Positions 51,575 to 61,787 of a stretch of 64,000 nt of DNA are shown here, piece after piece. The stretch comes from Cyanobacteriota bacterium (GTDB lineage: Bacteria; Cyanobacteriota; Cyanobacteriia; Cyanobacteriales; Nostocaceae). Position 1 is the stretch's first letter; every line of letters starts with the position of its first letter. A program made the position numbers and the translations under genes. The stretch covers positions 32,001-96,000 of the forward strand of contig JBJOKS010000010.1 of the NCBI GenBank assembly GCA_046045965.1. The letters are read 5' to 3'. Under the pieces are notes generated by a model. The model worked only from the letters and a program-made list of their open reading frames with translations, had not been told where the DNA came from and did no database searches.

Positions 51575-53809
51575 ATGTCTCACCCCCTGTACGTCGCTTT
51601 TATCTGGCATCAACATCAGCCGTTATACAAGTCTCCTGGTAGTGGTATTTCTACCTCTGCTAGTCAGCAGTATCGCCTACCTTGGGTACGGTTACATGGT
51701 ACTAAAGATTATCTGGATTTAATATTACTATTAGAAAAGTATCCTAAATTGCACCAAACGGTGAATTTAGTACCGTCTTTGATTTTGCAACTGGAAGATT
51801 ATATTGCGGGGACTGCTTTTGATCCCTATCTGACAGCAAGTTTGACACCGGTTGAAAAATTAACCACAGAACAGAAAGAATTTATTGTTCAACATTTTTT
51901 TGATGCTAATCACCATACTTTAATTGATCCCCATCCTCGTTATGGCGAGTTGTATCATCAAAGACAGGAACAGGGACAAGCTTGGTGTTTAGCAAATTGG
52001 CAAGCGGTAGATTATAGTGATTTACTAGCTTGGCATAATTTGGCTTGGATTGATCCTCTGTTTTGGGATGACCCGGAAATTGCAACTTGGTTAAAACAGG
52101 GACGTGATTTTACTTTAAGCGATCGCCAACGTATCTATTCTAAACAAAAGCAAATCCTCAGCCGCATTATTCCCCAACACCGGAAAATGCAGGAAACAGG
52201 ACAGCTAGAAGTCACGACAACTCCCTACACTCACCCGATTTTACCCTTGTTAGCTGATACCAATTCTGGGCGGGTAGCAGTGCCAAATATGACGTTGCCT
52301 AACTCTCGTTTTCAGTGGGCGGAAGATATTCCTCGGCATTTACATAAAGCTTGGGATTTATATAAAGACCGCTTTGGGCAAGAACCCAAGGGTTTATGGC
52401 CTTCGGAACAGTCAGTTAGTCCAGAAATACTACCGTATATTATTAAACAAGGATTCAAGTGGATTTGCTCAGATGAAGCCGTCTTAGGTTGGACGCTAAA
52501 ACACTTTTTCCATCGAGATGGGGCGGGAAATGTCCAGCAACCTGAATTGCTTTATCGTCCTTATCGGTTGCAAACTCCAGCCGGCGATGTATCCATAGTG
52601 TTCCGGGATCATAGATTATCTGATTTGATTGGTTTTACCTACAGTTCCATGCAGCCAAAACAGGCTACAGCGGACTTAGTGGGACATTTGCAAGCGATCG
52701 CCAAAAAGCAAAGAGAAAACCCCAGTGAACAACCTTGGTTAGTTACCATTGCTTTAGATGGAGAAAATTGCTGGGAATTTTATCCCCAAGACGGTAAACC
52801 CTTCCTAGAAACCTTGTATCAAAATTTGAGTAATCAAGAAAATATCAAACTTGTTACCGTCTCCGAATTTCTAGAAAAATACCCTGTTACAGCTACTATA
52901 AATGGTGAACAATTACATAGCGGTTCTTGGGTAGATGGTAGTTTTACTACTTGGATCGGCGATCCTGTAAAAAACCGCGCTTGGGACTATTTAACCCACG
53001 CTAGACAAACCTTAGCCAAACATCCCGAAGCAACAGAAGAAAATAACCCTGCTGCATGGGAAGCATTATATGCTGCTGAAGGTTCTGATTGGTTTTGGTG
53101 GTTTGGTGAAGGACATTCTTCAAACCAAGATGCCATATTTGATCAACTATTTAGAGAACATCTCTATGGCATTTATAAAGCCTTAAATGAACCCATACCA
53201 GCCTATTTGACTCAACCTTTAGAAGTCCATGAAGCAAAGGCAGATCATCGACCAGAAAGTTTTATTCATCCGATTATTGATGGTAAAGGAGATGAACAAG
53301 ACTGGGATAAAGCTGGACGGATAGAAGTTGGTGGTGCTAGAGGAACAATGCACAATAGCAGCTTAGTTCAGCGGCTTTGGTATGGAGTAGATCACCTGAA
53401 TTTTTATTTGCGGGTAGATTTTAAAAGTGGTGTTGTACCAGGAAAAGAACTACCCCCAGAGTTAAATTTACTTTGGTATTATCCAGATAGAACAATGGTG
53501 AATAGTCCTGTACCTTTAGCAGAAGTTCCAGACATATCACCAGTTAATTATTTGTTCCATCATCATCTAGAAATTAATTTACTCACACAATCAGTTCAAT
53601 TTCGAGAAGCAGGAAATAACTATCAATGGCATCCTCGTGTTAGTCGCTCCCAAGTTGCTTTAAACTCTTGTTTAGAAGTAGCAGTACCTTGGGCAGATTT
53701 GCAAGTTCCTCCAGATTATCCTTTGCGGTTAATTGTGGTTTTAGCTGATGATGGTTGTTTTCACAGTTATTTACCAGAAAATTCTTTGATTCCCATTGAA
53801 GTTCCTTAA
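51575..53809 (+). CDS. Glycoside hydrolase family 57 (amylopullulanase-like)
   Basis: 'WHQHQP', 'HPILPL', 'GLWPSEQ', 'ALDGENCWE', 'AEGSDWFWW'. Confidence 0.92.
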   Translation: MSHPLYVAFIWHQHQPLYKSPGSGISTSASQQYRLPWVRLHGTKDYLDLILLLEKYPKLHQTVNLVPSLILQLEDYIAGTAFDPYLTASLTPVEKLTTEQKEFIVQHFFDANHHTLIDPHPRYGELYHQRQEQGQAWCLANWQAVDYSDLLAWHNLAWIDPLFWDDPEIATWLKQGRDFTLSDRQRIYSKQKQILSRIIPQHRKMQETGQLEVTTTPYTHPILPLLADTNSGRVAVPNMTLPNSRFQWAEDIPRHLHKAWDLYKDRFGQEPKGLWPSEQSVSPEILPYIIKQGFKWICSDEAVLGWTLKHFFHRDGAGNVQQPELLYRPYRLQTPAGDVSIVFRDHRLSDLIGFTYSSMQPKQATADLVGHLQAIAKKQRENPSEQPWLVTIALDGENCWEFYPQDGKPFLETLYQNLSNQENIKLVTVSEFLEKYPVTATINGEQLHSGSWVDGSFTTWIGDPVKNRAWDYLTHARQTLAKHPEATEENNPAAWEALYAAEGSDWFWWFGEGHSSNQDAIFDQLFREHLYGIYKALNEPIPAYLTQPLEVHEAKADHRPESFIHPIIDGKGDEQDWDKAGRIEVGGARGTMHNSSLVQRLWYGVDHLNFYLRVDFKSGVVPGKELPPELNLLWYYPDRTMVNSPVPLAEVPDISPVNYLFHHHLEINLLTQSVQFREAGNNYQWHPRVSRSQVALNSCLEVAVPWADLQVPPDYPLRLIVVLADDGCFHSYLPENSLIPIEVP

Positions 53810-53935
53810 TTATGTAGGTTGGGTTGACGCAAGGAAACCCAACATTTTATTTATTGGTGAGTATCCAGGGTTGTTATTTCGCGCAAAGTCGCAAAGTGGC
53901 AAAGACGCAAAGGAAGAATAGTTAAAATTTAATTT

Positions 53936-54157
53936 TGTCAGAATCAGGATGTCCATGATTAAAGGATTTTCAGGATTGAATATTGATTTTTATGTTGTGA
54001 TTTTTTAAAATTATGAACATCTGATACAATTTTAATTGTGTTAAGATGATTCTTTCCACAAGCAATTGATCATCTATTCTCAAATTACTAAACTAAACCA
54101 TTAATTATCAAATAACGTCCTGTAAATCCTCAAATCCTGTAAATCCTGATTCAGACA
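53936..54157. mobile_element. MITE-like element, AGGAT-TIR family (222 bp)
   Basis: TGTCAGAATCAGGATG... and ...AATCCTGATTCAGACA. Confidence 0.65.
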
Positions 54158-54198
54158 AACAAAAGGGTTTAGCACCGCCAAACCCCTATAACTAACTA

Positions 54199-55590
54199 TT
54201 AAAACTCTGCGCTTTGTGGTGTACGGGGGAAAGGAATTACATCCCGAATATTCCCCATTCCTGTCATAAATTGCACCAATCTTTCAAACCCCAAACCGAA
54301 ACCAGCATGGGGAACTGTACCATAGCGACGCAAATCTAAATACCACCACAAATCTTCAGGTTTCATACCCTGTGCTAAAACCCGTTTTTCTAACACATCA
54401 AGTCTTTCTTCCCGTTGTGAACCACCAATGATTTCGCCTATTTTTGGTGCAAGAATATCCATTGCGCGAACGGTTTTTTCATCGTCACTCAACCGCATAT
54501 AAAAGGCTTTGATTTGCGCGGGATAATCTGTAACAATGACGGGCTTTTTAAACAGTTGTTCTGCTAAATAACGTTCATGTTCTGATTGCAAATCTGCACC
54601 CCAATTTACAGGATATTCAAATTTAACATCAGCTTTTTCTAAAAGTTTAACTGCATCAGTGTAAGTTAAACGTTCAAATTGATTATTAATAATGTTGTCT
54701 GCGGTTTCTAAGACGGTTTTATCAATACGTTCATTGAAAAATTCCATGTCTTCTGGACAGGTTTCTAATACATATTTAAAGATATATTTCAGAAACTCTT
54801 CTGCTAAATCCATATCACCTTCTAAGTCACAAAAAGCCATTTCTGGTTCAACCATCCAAAATTCGGCTAAGTGACGAGAAGTGTTAGAATTTTCGGCGCG
54901 GAATGTAGGACCAAAGGTGTAAACGTTACTAAAGGCCATCGCCATTATTTCGGCTTCTAGTTGTCCACTTACTGTTAAATATGTGGGTTTTCCAAAGAAG
55001 TCTTGAGTATAATCAATTTCTTTGTTTTCAGTTCTGGGAACATCTTTTAAATTCAAGCTGGTGACATTAAATAATTCCCCCGCACCTTCACAGTCACTGG
55101 CGGTTAAAATGGGAGTATGTACCCACAAAAAACCACGTTCTTGAAAAAACTTGTGAATAGCAGTCGCACAAGCATTTCTGACGCGGAAAACTGCACCAAA
55201 TGAGTTAGTTCTACCACGTAAATGGGCAATGGTTCTTAGAAACTCAAAGGAATGACGTTTCTTTTGCAGAGGATAGGTTTCGGGATCAGCGTCTCCGTAT
55301 ACTTTTACTATATCTGCTTTTAATTCTATTCTTTGTCCTTTTCCTTGAGAAGCTACTAACACTCCTGATACTTCTACGGAAGCACCAGTATTTATCTGTT
55401 TTAATATTCCTTCGTAGTTTGGTAAATCTTGATTAATAACTACTTGCAAGTTACCTAATGATGAACCATCATTAACTTCTAAAAATGCAAATCCTTTTAA
55501 TTCGCGTTTTGTTCTTACCCAACCTTGCACTACTAAGGTTTCTTCAGGTTGACCACTTCTTAATATTTCTGCAATTCGATGTTTAATCAT
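54199..55590 (-). CDS. asnS: Asparagine--tRNA ligase
   Basis: 'GWVRTKR', 'LTVSGQL', '[21 protein letters not shown]', '[11 protein letters not shown]'. Confidence 0.98.
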   Translation of the reverse strand: MIKHRIAEILRSGQPEETLVVQGWVRTKRELKGFAFLEVNDGSSLGNLQVVINQDLPNYEGILKQINTGASVEVSGVLVASQGKGQRIELKADIVKVYGDADPETYPLQKKRHSFEFLRTIAHLRGRTNSFGAVFRVRNACATAIHKFFQERGFLWVHTPILTASDCEGAGELFNVTSLNLKDVPRTENKEIDYTQDFFGKPTYLTVSGQLEAEIMAMAFSNVYTFGPTFRAENSNTSRHLAEFWMVEPEMAFCDLEGDMDLAEEFLKYIFKYVLETCPEDMEFFNERIDKTVLETADNIINNQFERLTYTDAVKLLEKADVKFEYPVNWGADLQSEHERYLAEQLFKKPVIVTDYPAQIKAFYMRLSDDEKTVRAMDILAPKIGEIIGGSQREERLDVLEKRVLAQGMKPEDLWWYLDLRRYGTVPHAGFGLGFERLVQFMTGMGNIRDVIPFPRTPQSAEF

Positions 55591-55775
55591 TTTATACAAT
55601 TTGGATTTTTTTCACTATATATAACACTAATTTAAACCAGAGACTGGGGACTGGGGACTCTTAAGAAAGCAGGGGAAGCAGGGGAAGCAGGGGAAGAATA
55701 TATTTATCTTTCGCCTGTTCCCTGTTCCCTGTTCCCTGTTCCCTTCTTTCCCAATTACCAATGACCAATTACCAA

Positions 55776-56120
55776 TTAACCAACCGAAGATTTTAACAGC
55801 CAACCTATAATAACGCCTAAACCACCAAAGCGGACGGCTTGCCAAAAAGGTCTATTGAGACTTTTCCAAGAAAATAACTGGCTTTCTAAGTTAATTTCTA
55901 GCACTTCCAACTCTTTTTCAAGGCGTTTTAACTCGGCTTTGATTTCTGGGTTCTGATTTTTATTTTCTTTGAGATTTTTAATTTCTTGTTGCCATTGTGC
56001 CTTTTGCTGTTGATCCTGTTGCACTTGGGCGTATCTTTCTTTCAAGAGTCGGAGTGCAGTTTCTAGTTCTTCTAGTTCCTGTTCAAACTCTGGTTGTTGG
56101 TTTTCCTCTAAATTAGTCAT
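55776..56120 (-). CDS. Hypothetical coiled-coil protein with C-terminal membrane anchor
   Basis: Q/E-rich coiled coil; 'FWQAVRFGGLGVIIGWLL'. Confidence 0.75.
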   Translation of the reverse strand: MTNLEENQQPEFEQELEELETALRLLKERYAQVQQDQQQKAQWQQEIKNLKENKNQNPEIKAELKRLEKELEVLEINLESQLFSWKSLNRPFWQAVRFGGLGVIIGWLLKSSVG

Positions 56121-56186
56121 TGGTGATTGGTCATTGGCTATGATAATTACATCATAACTTTTACTATTAACTTAGCACTTAGTCGT

Positions 56187-56447
56187 ATGTCTCAAATCGG
56201 TCAACTAAATGATGTTACTACTCTGGAACTTGCCCAAGCTTTGATGGAAAGACTAAGTATTTCTCCTAATGATTGGCATCGTCTTAAGTCTAACCGTAAT
56301 TCTCGCGCTAGTGAACAGGTGGCGGCTGCGATGGTGTTTCTTCTCAAAAATCAGCCCCAAGAGGCACAAGCTAGGTTAGAACAGGCTGTAGGCTGGTTAG
56401 ATAAGTCAATTTCTGCCCCTCCCTGTCCAACTCATGGTAAAAATTGA
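56187..56447 (+). CDS. Conserved cyanobacterial hypothetical protein
   Basis: 'ELAQALMERL...DWHRLK.NR..RA.EQ', 'PPCPTHG'; convergent with pmgA. Confidence 0.75.
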   Translation: MSQIGQLNDVTTLELAQALMERLSISPNDWHRLKSNRNSRASEQVAAAMVFLLKNQPQEAQARLEQAVGWLDKSISAPPCPTHGKN

Positions 56448-56567
56448 GGTACTGGGGAGATGGGGAGATGGAGAGAATAATATAATAATATTACTTCTTG
56501 CCTCCTGACTCCTGACTCCTGGCTCCTGACTCCTGGCTCCTGACTCCTGACTCCTCTCTTCTGCCTT

Positions 56568-57017
56568 CTATCGTCTTAAAGATAACAAACGCCGGGTTTC
56601 TATTTGCTTACAAAGCCTTAATTCTGTGCCTTTGCGGTTCCACTCTACTTGATCAAAAATTTGATGCAGTAGAGACATCCCGCGACCGTTTTCTGATTCA
56701 TCTGGTGGTAAATAGTCGGTGGGATCAGTGTCAGCATGACAACAGGGTGTAAAACCATTACCTTGATCTGAGATGATCCACCAATATTGATTATCTATTA
56801 AGGAAAAACGAACTACTACTAATTTGCCAGGATCAAGATTATTGCCGTGTTTAGCTGCGTTGACTAGGGCTTCTTGAAGTCCTAACCGCAGTTCGGCTTG
56901 TAATTTTGTGGGAATATCTGCCAATAGTAAATCTAATATTGGACATAGATATAGAGTTGAGGCAAAACTAATTGTACCCCAAGAACGCCCAAGTGGACGA
57001 AGAGAAATGGTAATCAC
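56568..57017 (-). CDS. pmgA: PmgA, RsbW-like anti-sigma/Ser kinase
   Basis: 'SFASTLYLCPILDLLL', 'LGLQEALVNAAKHGN', 'DQGNGF', 'GRG'; GTG start. Confidence 0.88.
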   Translation of the reverse strand: MITISLRPLGRSWGTISFASTLYLCPILDLLLADIPTKLQAELRLGLQEALVNAAKHGNNLDPGKLVVVRFSLIDNQYWWIISDQGNGFTPCCHADTDPTDYLPPDESENGRGMSLLHQIFDQVEWNRKGTELRLCKQIETRRLLSLRR

Positions 57018-57446
57018 AAGAGAAACCCCGTAGCTTTTAGTTAGCTAGACATCAGTTTGGTGTTTATGCACCCTGATTAAAATTAAGGTGGTCATGCTGC
57101 CTTCAAACTTGCGTCTGTAAAACTAAATTTATGAAAATGCTAGGGTGCATTGACTCTAAATATGAGTGAGAATTGCTTGGTTAAAATCTGGCTGTAATTG
57201 TTTTGCTAATGCATTTAACAAATTCTCAGTTGTTATTTATTACTTTGAGTGAGTAGATAAATATCCAACTTCGTTGCCGCTTCATAATTTACACAATTTA
57301 GTTCACCTTTTTAGATCAGAGTCGATGCAACTTTAATGGTTTTAAAAAAAGAAATTTCTATTTTTAGGTAATTTTATTTTAGCATTATTAGTATGCAATA
57401 GACTACAAATTTTCCCTTTGAGTTTTTGTCAGAAATTCATTAGCAT

Positions 57447-58820
57447 CTAATCCCAAGGCGATCGCACGAGAAAAGCTGCTGTTTCCACGTGAGCGGTTTG
57501 AGGGAAAAAGTCGGCTGGCTGTACTCTTGTAAGATTGTATAATCCATGTTCACAAAGTATTTTCAGATCACGCGCTAAGGTGGCTACTTTACAACTGACG
57601 TAAACAATCCGCGAAGGTTTCAGGTTCAGCAAAGATTTGATCACATTAGCTTCACATCCTTTCCGTGGCGGATCAAGTAACACAACATCTGGTATAATTC
57701 CCAAATTTGGCAGAACTTTTTCCACTGCTCCTACTTGAAATGTAACATTATCAATTCCATTTAGTTGAGCGTTTAAAATAGCCTGTTCTACTGCTGTTGA
57801 TTGCACTTCCAAGCCGATAACTTGGCGTGCTTGTTTTGCTAGGGGTAAGGTTAAAGTACCAATACCACAATAGGCATCAACTAAAACTTCATGACCTTGC
57901 AAATTTAGTTCTGACTGAATTACTTGTAAAAGTGCTTCAGCCGTTTCGGTGTACACCTGAAAAAAGGTATCCGGGCGGACTTGAAATTCTAATCCGGCGA
58001 ATTTTTCTCGCAGGTAAGGAATTCCAGCAATGCAAGTTGTTTCTTTACCAAATATAGCATTTGTGCGATCGCTATTGCGATTGAGTGAAACTCCTACTAG
58101 CTGAGGATAACGCTGCAACCATTCCTGTGCTTGGGTTTCAATTCCTGGCAAATTCCCATTTTTGACTACCAAAGTTAGTAGCATTTCCCCTGTTCGCCGA
58201 CCAATGCGTAAACCCAGATGGCGAATTTCTCCTTGATGGCGTTTTTCGTCATAAATTGACCAGCCTCGTTTTTGGATATCCTGCTTTACTTCAGCCAAGA
58301 GAGGATTTAAGCGTTGGTCTTGAACTGGACATTGATTTAAGTTAATTAGTTGATGACTACCTTTTTGGTAGTAACCAGCTTGAACCTGACCTGTAGCTGA
58401 GATACCAATAGGATAGGTGGCTTTGTTGCGATAATTTAAAGATGAATCAGCTACCAATACCGGATCTACAGATGGGTTTACAAAACCGCCAATTCTTTCT
58501 AAAGCTTGAATTACTTGATTTTGCTTGGCTGTGAGTTGGTAATTATAATTTATATGCTGCCACTGGCAACCACCACATTTATCAGCGACAATGCAACTGG
58601 GACGGATACGTTGTGGAGATGGTTGGAGGATTTTTTGGAGGGTAGCATGGGCATATTTTGGCTTAACGTGTACCAGTCTGACCAGAGTGCGATCGCCCAC
58701 TACGGTATCTGGCACAAACACCACACGCTGATCAAAGCGTCCTACACCATCGCCAGTGTCGCTTAAATCAGAAATTTCAACTTCTATTACTTCACCCTGT
58801 CGCCAAACTGTATTAGTCAT
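57447..58820 (-). CDS. rlmD: 23S rRNA m5U1939 methyltransferase
   Basis: TRAM domain, 'C..ADKCGGCQWQH', 'FFQV', 'DAYCGIG', 'LDPPRKG', 'YVSC', 'DFFPQTAHVE'. Confidence 0.95.
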   Translation of the reverse strand: MTNTVWRQGEVIEVEISDLSDTGDGVGRFDQRVVFVPDTVVGDRTLVRLVHVKPKYAHATLQKILQPSPQRIRPSCIVADKCGGCQWQHINYNYQLTAKQNQVIQALERIGGFVNPSVDPVLVADSSLNYRNKATYPIGISATGQVQAGYYQKGSHQLINLNQCPVQDQRLNPLLAEVKQDIQKRGWSIYDEKRHQGEIRHLGLRIGRRTGEMLLTLVVKNGNLPGIETQAQEWLQRYPQLVGVSLNRNSDRTNAIFGKETTCIAGIPYLREKFAGLEFQVRPDTFFQVYTETAEALLQVIQSELNLQGHEVLVDAYCGIGTLTLPLAKQARQVIGLEVQSTAVEQAILNAQLNGIDNVTFQVGAVEKVLPNLGIIPDVVLLDPPRKGCEANVIKSLLNLKPSRIVYVSCKVATLARDLKILCEHGLYNLTRVQPADFFPQTAHVETAAFLVRSPWD

Positions 58821-59048
58821 TAGTTATTAGTCATTAGTCATTAGTCATTAGTTCAGTGGGAATAGGGAACTCTTAACAGGGAATAGTTAAAAAATATTAT
58901 TAACAAATATTAATTTTTAACAATCCCCAATCCCAATCACCAGTCCCCAATCCCCAATCCCCAATCCCTATCTTGCCATACCCTTCACTTCTGTACCGCG
59001 AACTGGTTAAACTAACAAATAATATTATTTCGTTTGATTGCCATAATC

Positions 59049-59534
59049 ATGACTGTAATTAGCCAAGTTATTCTCCAAGCGGACGACGAACTGCGTTACC
59101 CTAGCAGTGGCGAACTCAAAAGTATCAAAGAATTTTTGCAAACCGGCGCACAGCGGACTAGAATCGCTGCTACCCTCTCCGAAAACGAAAAAAAGATAGT
59201 TCAGGAAGCCACCAAAAAACTTTGGCAAAAGCGCCCTGATTTTATCGCTCCTGGTGGTAATGCTTACGGGGAAAAGCAACGTGCTTTATGTATCCGTGAC
59301 TTTGGATGGTACTTACGCCTGATTACCTATGGTGTACTTGCTGGTGACAAAGAACCTATTGAAAAAATTGGTTTGATTGGTGTGCGAGAAATGTACAACT
59401 CTCTAGGTGTTCCTGTTCCTGGAATGGTGGAAGCTATCAGTTCTCTCAAACAAGCATCCTTGGACTTACTCGGTGCTGAAGATGCAGCAGCAGCAGCGCC
59501 TTACTTTGATTACATCATTCAAGCGATGTCTTAA
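59049..59534 (+). CDS. apcD: Allophycocyanin-B alpha subunit
   Basis: '[22 protein letters not shown]', '[14 protein letters not shown]'. Confidence 0.95.
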   Translation: MTVISQVILQADDELRYPSSGELKSIKEFLQTGAQRTRIAATLSENEKKIVQEATKKLWQKRPDFIAPGGNAYGEKQRALCIRDFGWYLRLITYGVLAGDKEPIEKIGLIGVREMYNSLGVPVPGMVEAISSLKQASLDLLGAEDAAAAAPYFDYIIQAMS

Positions 59535-59726
59535 TATTAAGGTTGTAGCGAAACATTAGCGATAGCCGCAACGGCTGACGCTTCGCGTAACGCTACCCAT
59601 CAAAATTCATCATTGAGATGATCACCCTTTCCCCACACTTGTTAGTGGCTATGGCAACATATTTGTCAAGTTATTATAAAGTTGTGGGGATATCTTATGT
59701 GTATCTACTGATTGATGATCACCAAT

Positions 59727-59753
59727 GAAAAGAAACCGACAGGAGGCTGTCGG
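59727..59753 (-). terminator. Intrinsic terminator on the minus strand
   Basis: Perfect 7-bp stem CCGACAG/CTGTCGG, 4-nt loop, followed on the minus strand by TTTCTTTT. Confidence 0.65.
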
Positions 59754-60012
59754 CCATTAGTTGTGTTCCCTATTAATGACTCGGCTAGAGTTCAGTTATA
59801 GATGATTATGCCAACATGGTCACTATCAGAAGAGGATCTTAATCATGGATAATGGTGATTATAATCATAATCATTCGTGATTTAAATCACTGAAGTATTC
59901 ACTTAAAAATGTATTCTCTTGCTCAGTGGATGGAGAGAGAAAAATACACCAGAAACCGTAAATTAGATAAAAAAGCCAGCTTTTTTGTAAACAGCAACCA
60001 ATTTTTTATCAG

Positions 60013-60648
60013 ATGTCTCTTAACTTAGCCAAAGTAATATCAGCAACAGTATTATTAAGTGTAATCACTGCTTGTACTACACCACCACAAAACCAATTTT
60101 CCCCAGAAAATAAACCCCTTGTAGATAGTAATAAATCTGCCAAAAATAGACCACCTAATAAAACAGCGACAATTTCTGTTGAAGGAGAAAAAACTAACAT
60201 TAACTTAAAACTTTACCAGGAAAAAAATTTATTCAGTACCTACTTTCCTGAAGAAGATTTTTTGGTGGAAACTGCAACTTCAGATCAACCAAAGAGAGTA
60301 AAGTTTATTGCTAATTTTGGTGGTATCAAAAATGAAGATGCTTATATCCAAATTACCTTTACTGATAACTTCCAAAATATTGCAGAAGTCAAAAACTTTA
60401 TTACTAGTAAAGAGGGTATAATTGCAGCTAATAAATGGAAAATTGTCAGTCGTAGCAACACTTTAACCTATCCTTGGGCAAAAGAAAAGATTGCTTTTAG
60501 TAAAGGTGAAGATATTGTAGGTGATATTTACATTGGAGAACAAAATGCTAAAGTCTTTTATGTCATTACCCATTTTCCTTTAGAATATGGAGATGGTTTT
60601 TCACCAATAGAAGATTTGGTTTTAAGTAATCTGGAAATAGATAAGTAA
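60013..60648 (+). CDS. Hypothetical lipoprotein
   Basis: Signal peptide with lipobox 'ITAC'; 'SVEGEK', 'FPLEYGDGF'. Confidence 0.75.
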   Translation: MSLNLAKVISATVLLSVITACTTPPQNQFSPENKPLVDSNKSAKNRPPNKTATISVEGEKTNINLKLYQEKNLFSTYFPEEDFLVETATSDQPKRVKFIANFGGIKNEDAYIQITFTDNFQNIAEVKNFITSKEGIIAANKWKIVSRSNTLTYPWAKEKIAFSKGEDIVGDIYIGEQNAKVFYVITHFPLEYGDGFSPIEDLVLSNLEIDK

Positions 60649-60700
60649 AGCCAAGACAAATTTTAAATTTTTCAGCTACAATACAGAAAATATCAAACCT

Positions 60701-61504
60701 GTGAAAACAGATACCATATTCTATCAACTGTTTCAAACATTACCTAGTATCCTTTTTGAACTACTTGGTAAACCAGCCACGGAAGCGGAAGTATATAAAT
60801 TTACATCTGTAGAAATTAAGGAACTAGCATTTCGCTTTGATGGTTTATTTGTACCTGATTCAGAAATACCTGAACAGCCAATTTACTTCGTAGAAGTTCA
60901 ATTTCAACCGAAAGCGGACTTTTACTGGCGGTTTTTTACCGAAATCTTTGTTTATCTGAATCAGTATCAACCAAAGAATGATTTTCACGCAGTAGCGATT
61001 TTTGCTAAACGTAGTTTAGATCCTGGTGTACCAATGCAGTATCGGGGTTTGCTAATGAGTCAGCAAATCACGTTTATTTATTTGGATGAGTTAGAGGTAA
61101 TAACCGATAATTCAATAGGACTGGGAATGGTACAGTTAGTTGTGGAAAAAGAGGAAACTGCTATTGATCATACCAGGCAGTTAATCCAAAAATCTCGACA
61201 ACAATTAACTGATGCCAGTAAAAGACAAAAGGTTTTAGAATTGTTAGAGACGATCTTGGTTTACAAGTTAACTAATTTAAGTCGTCAGGAGATTGAAGCA
61301 ATGTTTACTCTAGATGAATTAAAGCAAACACGGTATTTTCGAGAAGTTGCTGAGGAAGAAAGAACAAAAGGTAAGTTAGAAACAGTACCGCTGTTATTGC
61401 AGTTAGGTTTGACTGTGGAACAAATAGCCGCAAATTTAGGTGTGGATATTGAAGCGGTGAGGAAAGTTGCGGAAGAATCTGTTGATGAAAATCTTTCGGA
61501 GTAG
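60701..61504 (+). CDS. Rpn family nuclease / putative transposase (DUF2887-like)
   Basis: 'MKTDTIFYQLF', 'Y.F.SVEIKE..FRFDG', 'YFVEVQFQ', C-terminal HTH 'GLTVEQIA..LG'. Confidence 0.88.
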   Translation: MKTDTIFYQLFQTLPSILFELLGKPATEAEVYKFTSVEIKELAFRFDGLFVPDSEIPEQPIYFVEVQFQPKADFYWRFFTEIFVYLNQYQPKNDFHAVAIFAKRSLDPGVPMQYRGLLMSQQITFIYLDELEVITDNSIGLGMVQLVVEKEETAIDHTRQLIQKSRQQLTDASKRQKVLELLETILVYKLTNLSRQEIEAMFTLDELKQTRYFREVAEEERTKGKLETVPLLLQLGLTVEQIAANLGVDIEAVRKVAEESVDENLSE

Positions 61505-61787
61505 TTAGAATAAATGGAAAGTGATTAGTTTGACTGATCACTTTTTTTCAAAATTTTCAAAAGTTGATTAGAGAATTTCATACCTATAAAACATTAGTAT
61601 GTAAAACTAGCTTCTTGCATATTTTATCAGCGAGCTACATAGTTAATTCTACATGAGACTAGGTTACTGCACCCCCAGATACCCTACTTCTAACATCAAT
61701 TAAAATTTAAATTTATTGCCCAGATTAAAAAAAGAAGTCCAGTATCTCAGATAGAATATTCCTCTGTCCCCTTGGTGCATAACTGCC

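Noticed and set aside
60701..61504. Rpn/DUF2887 gene as an active IS element
   Set aside because: No terminal inverted repeats or target duplication seen; this family is commonly a dispersed stand-alone gene in cyanobacteria.
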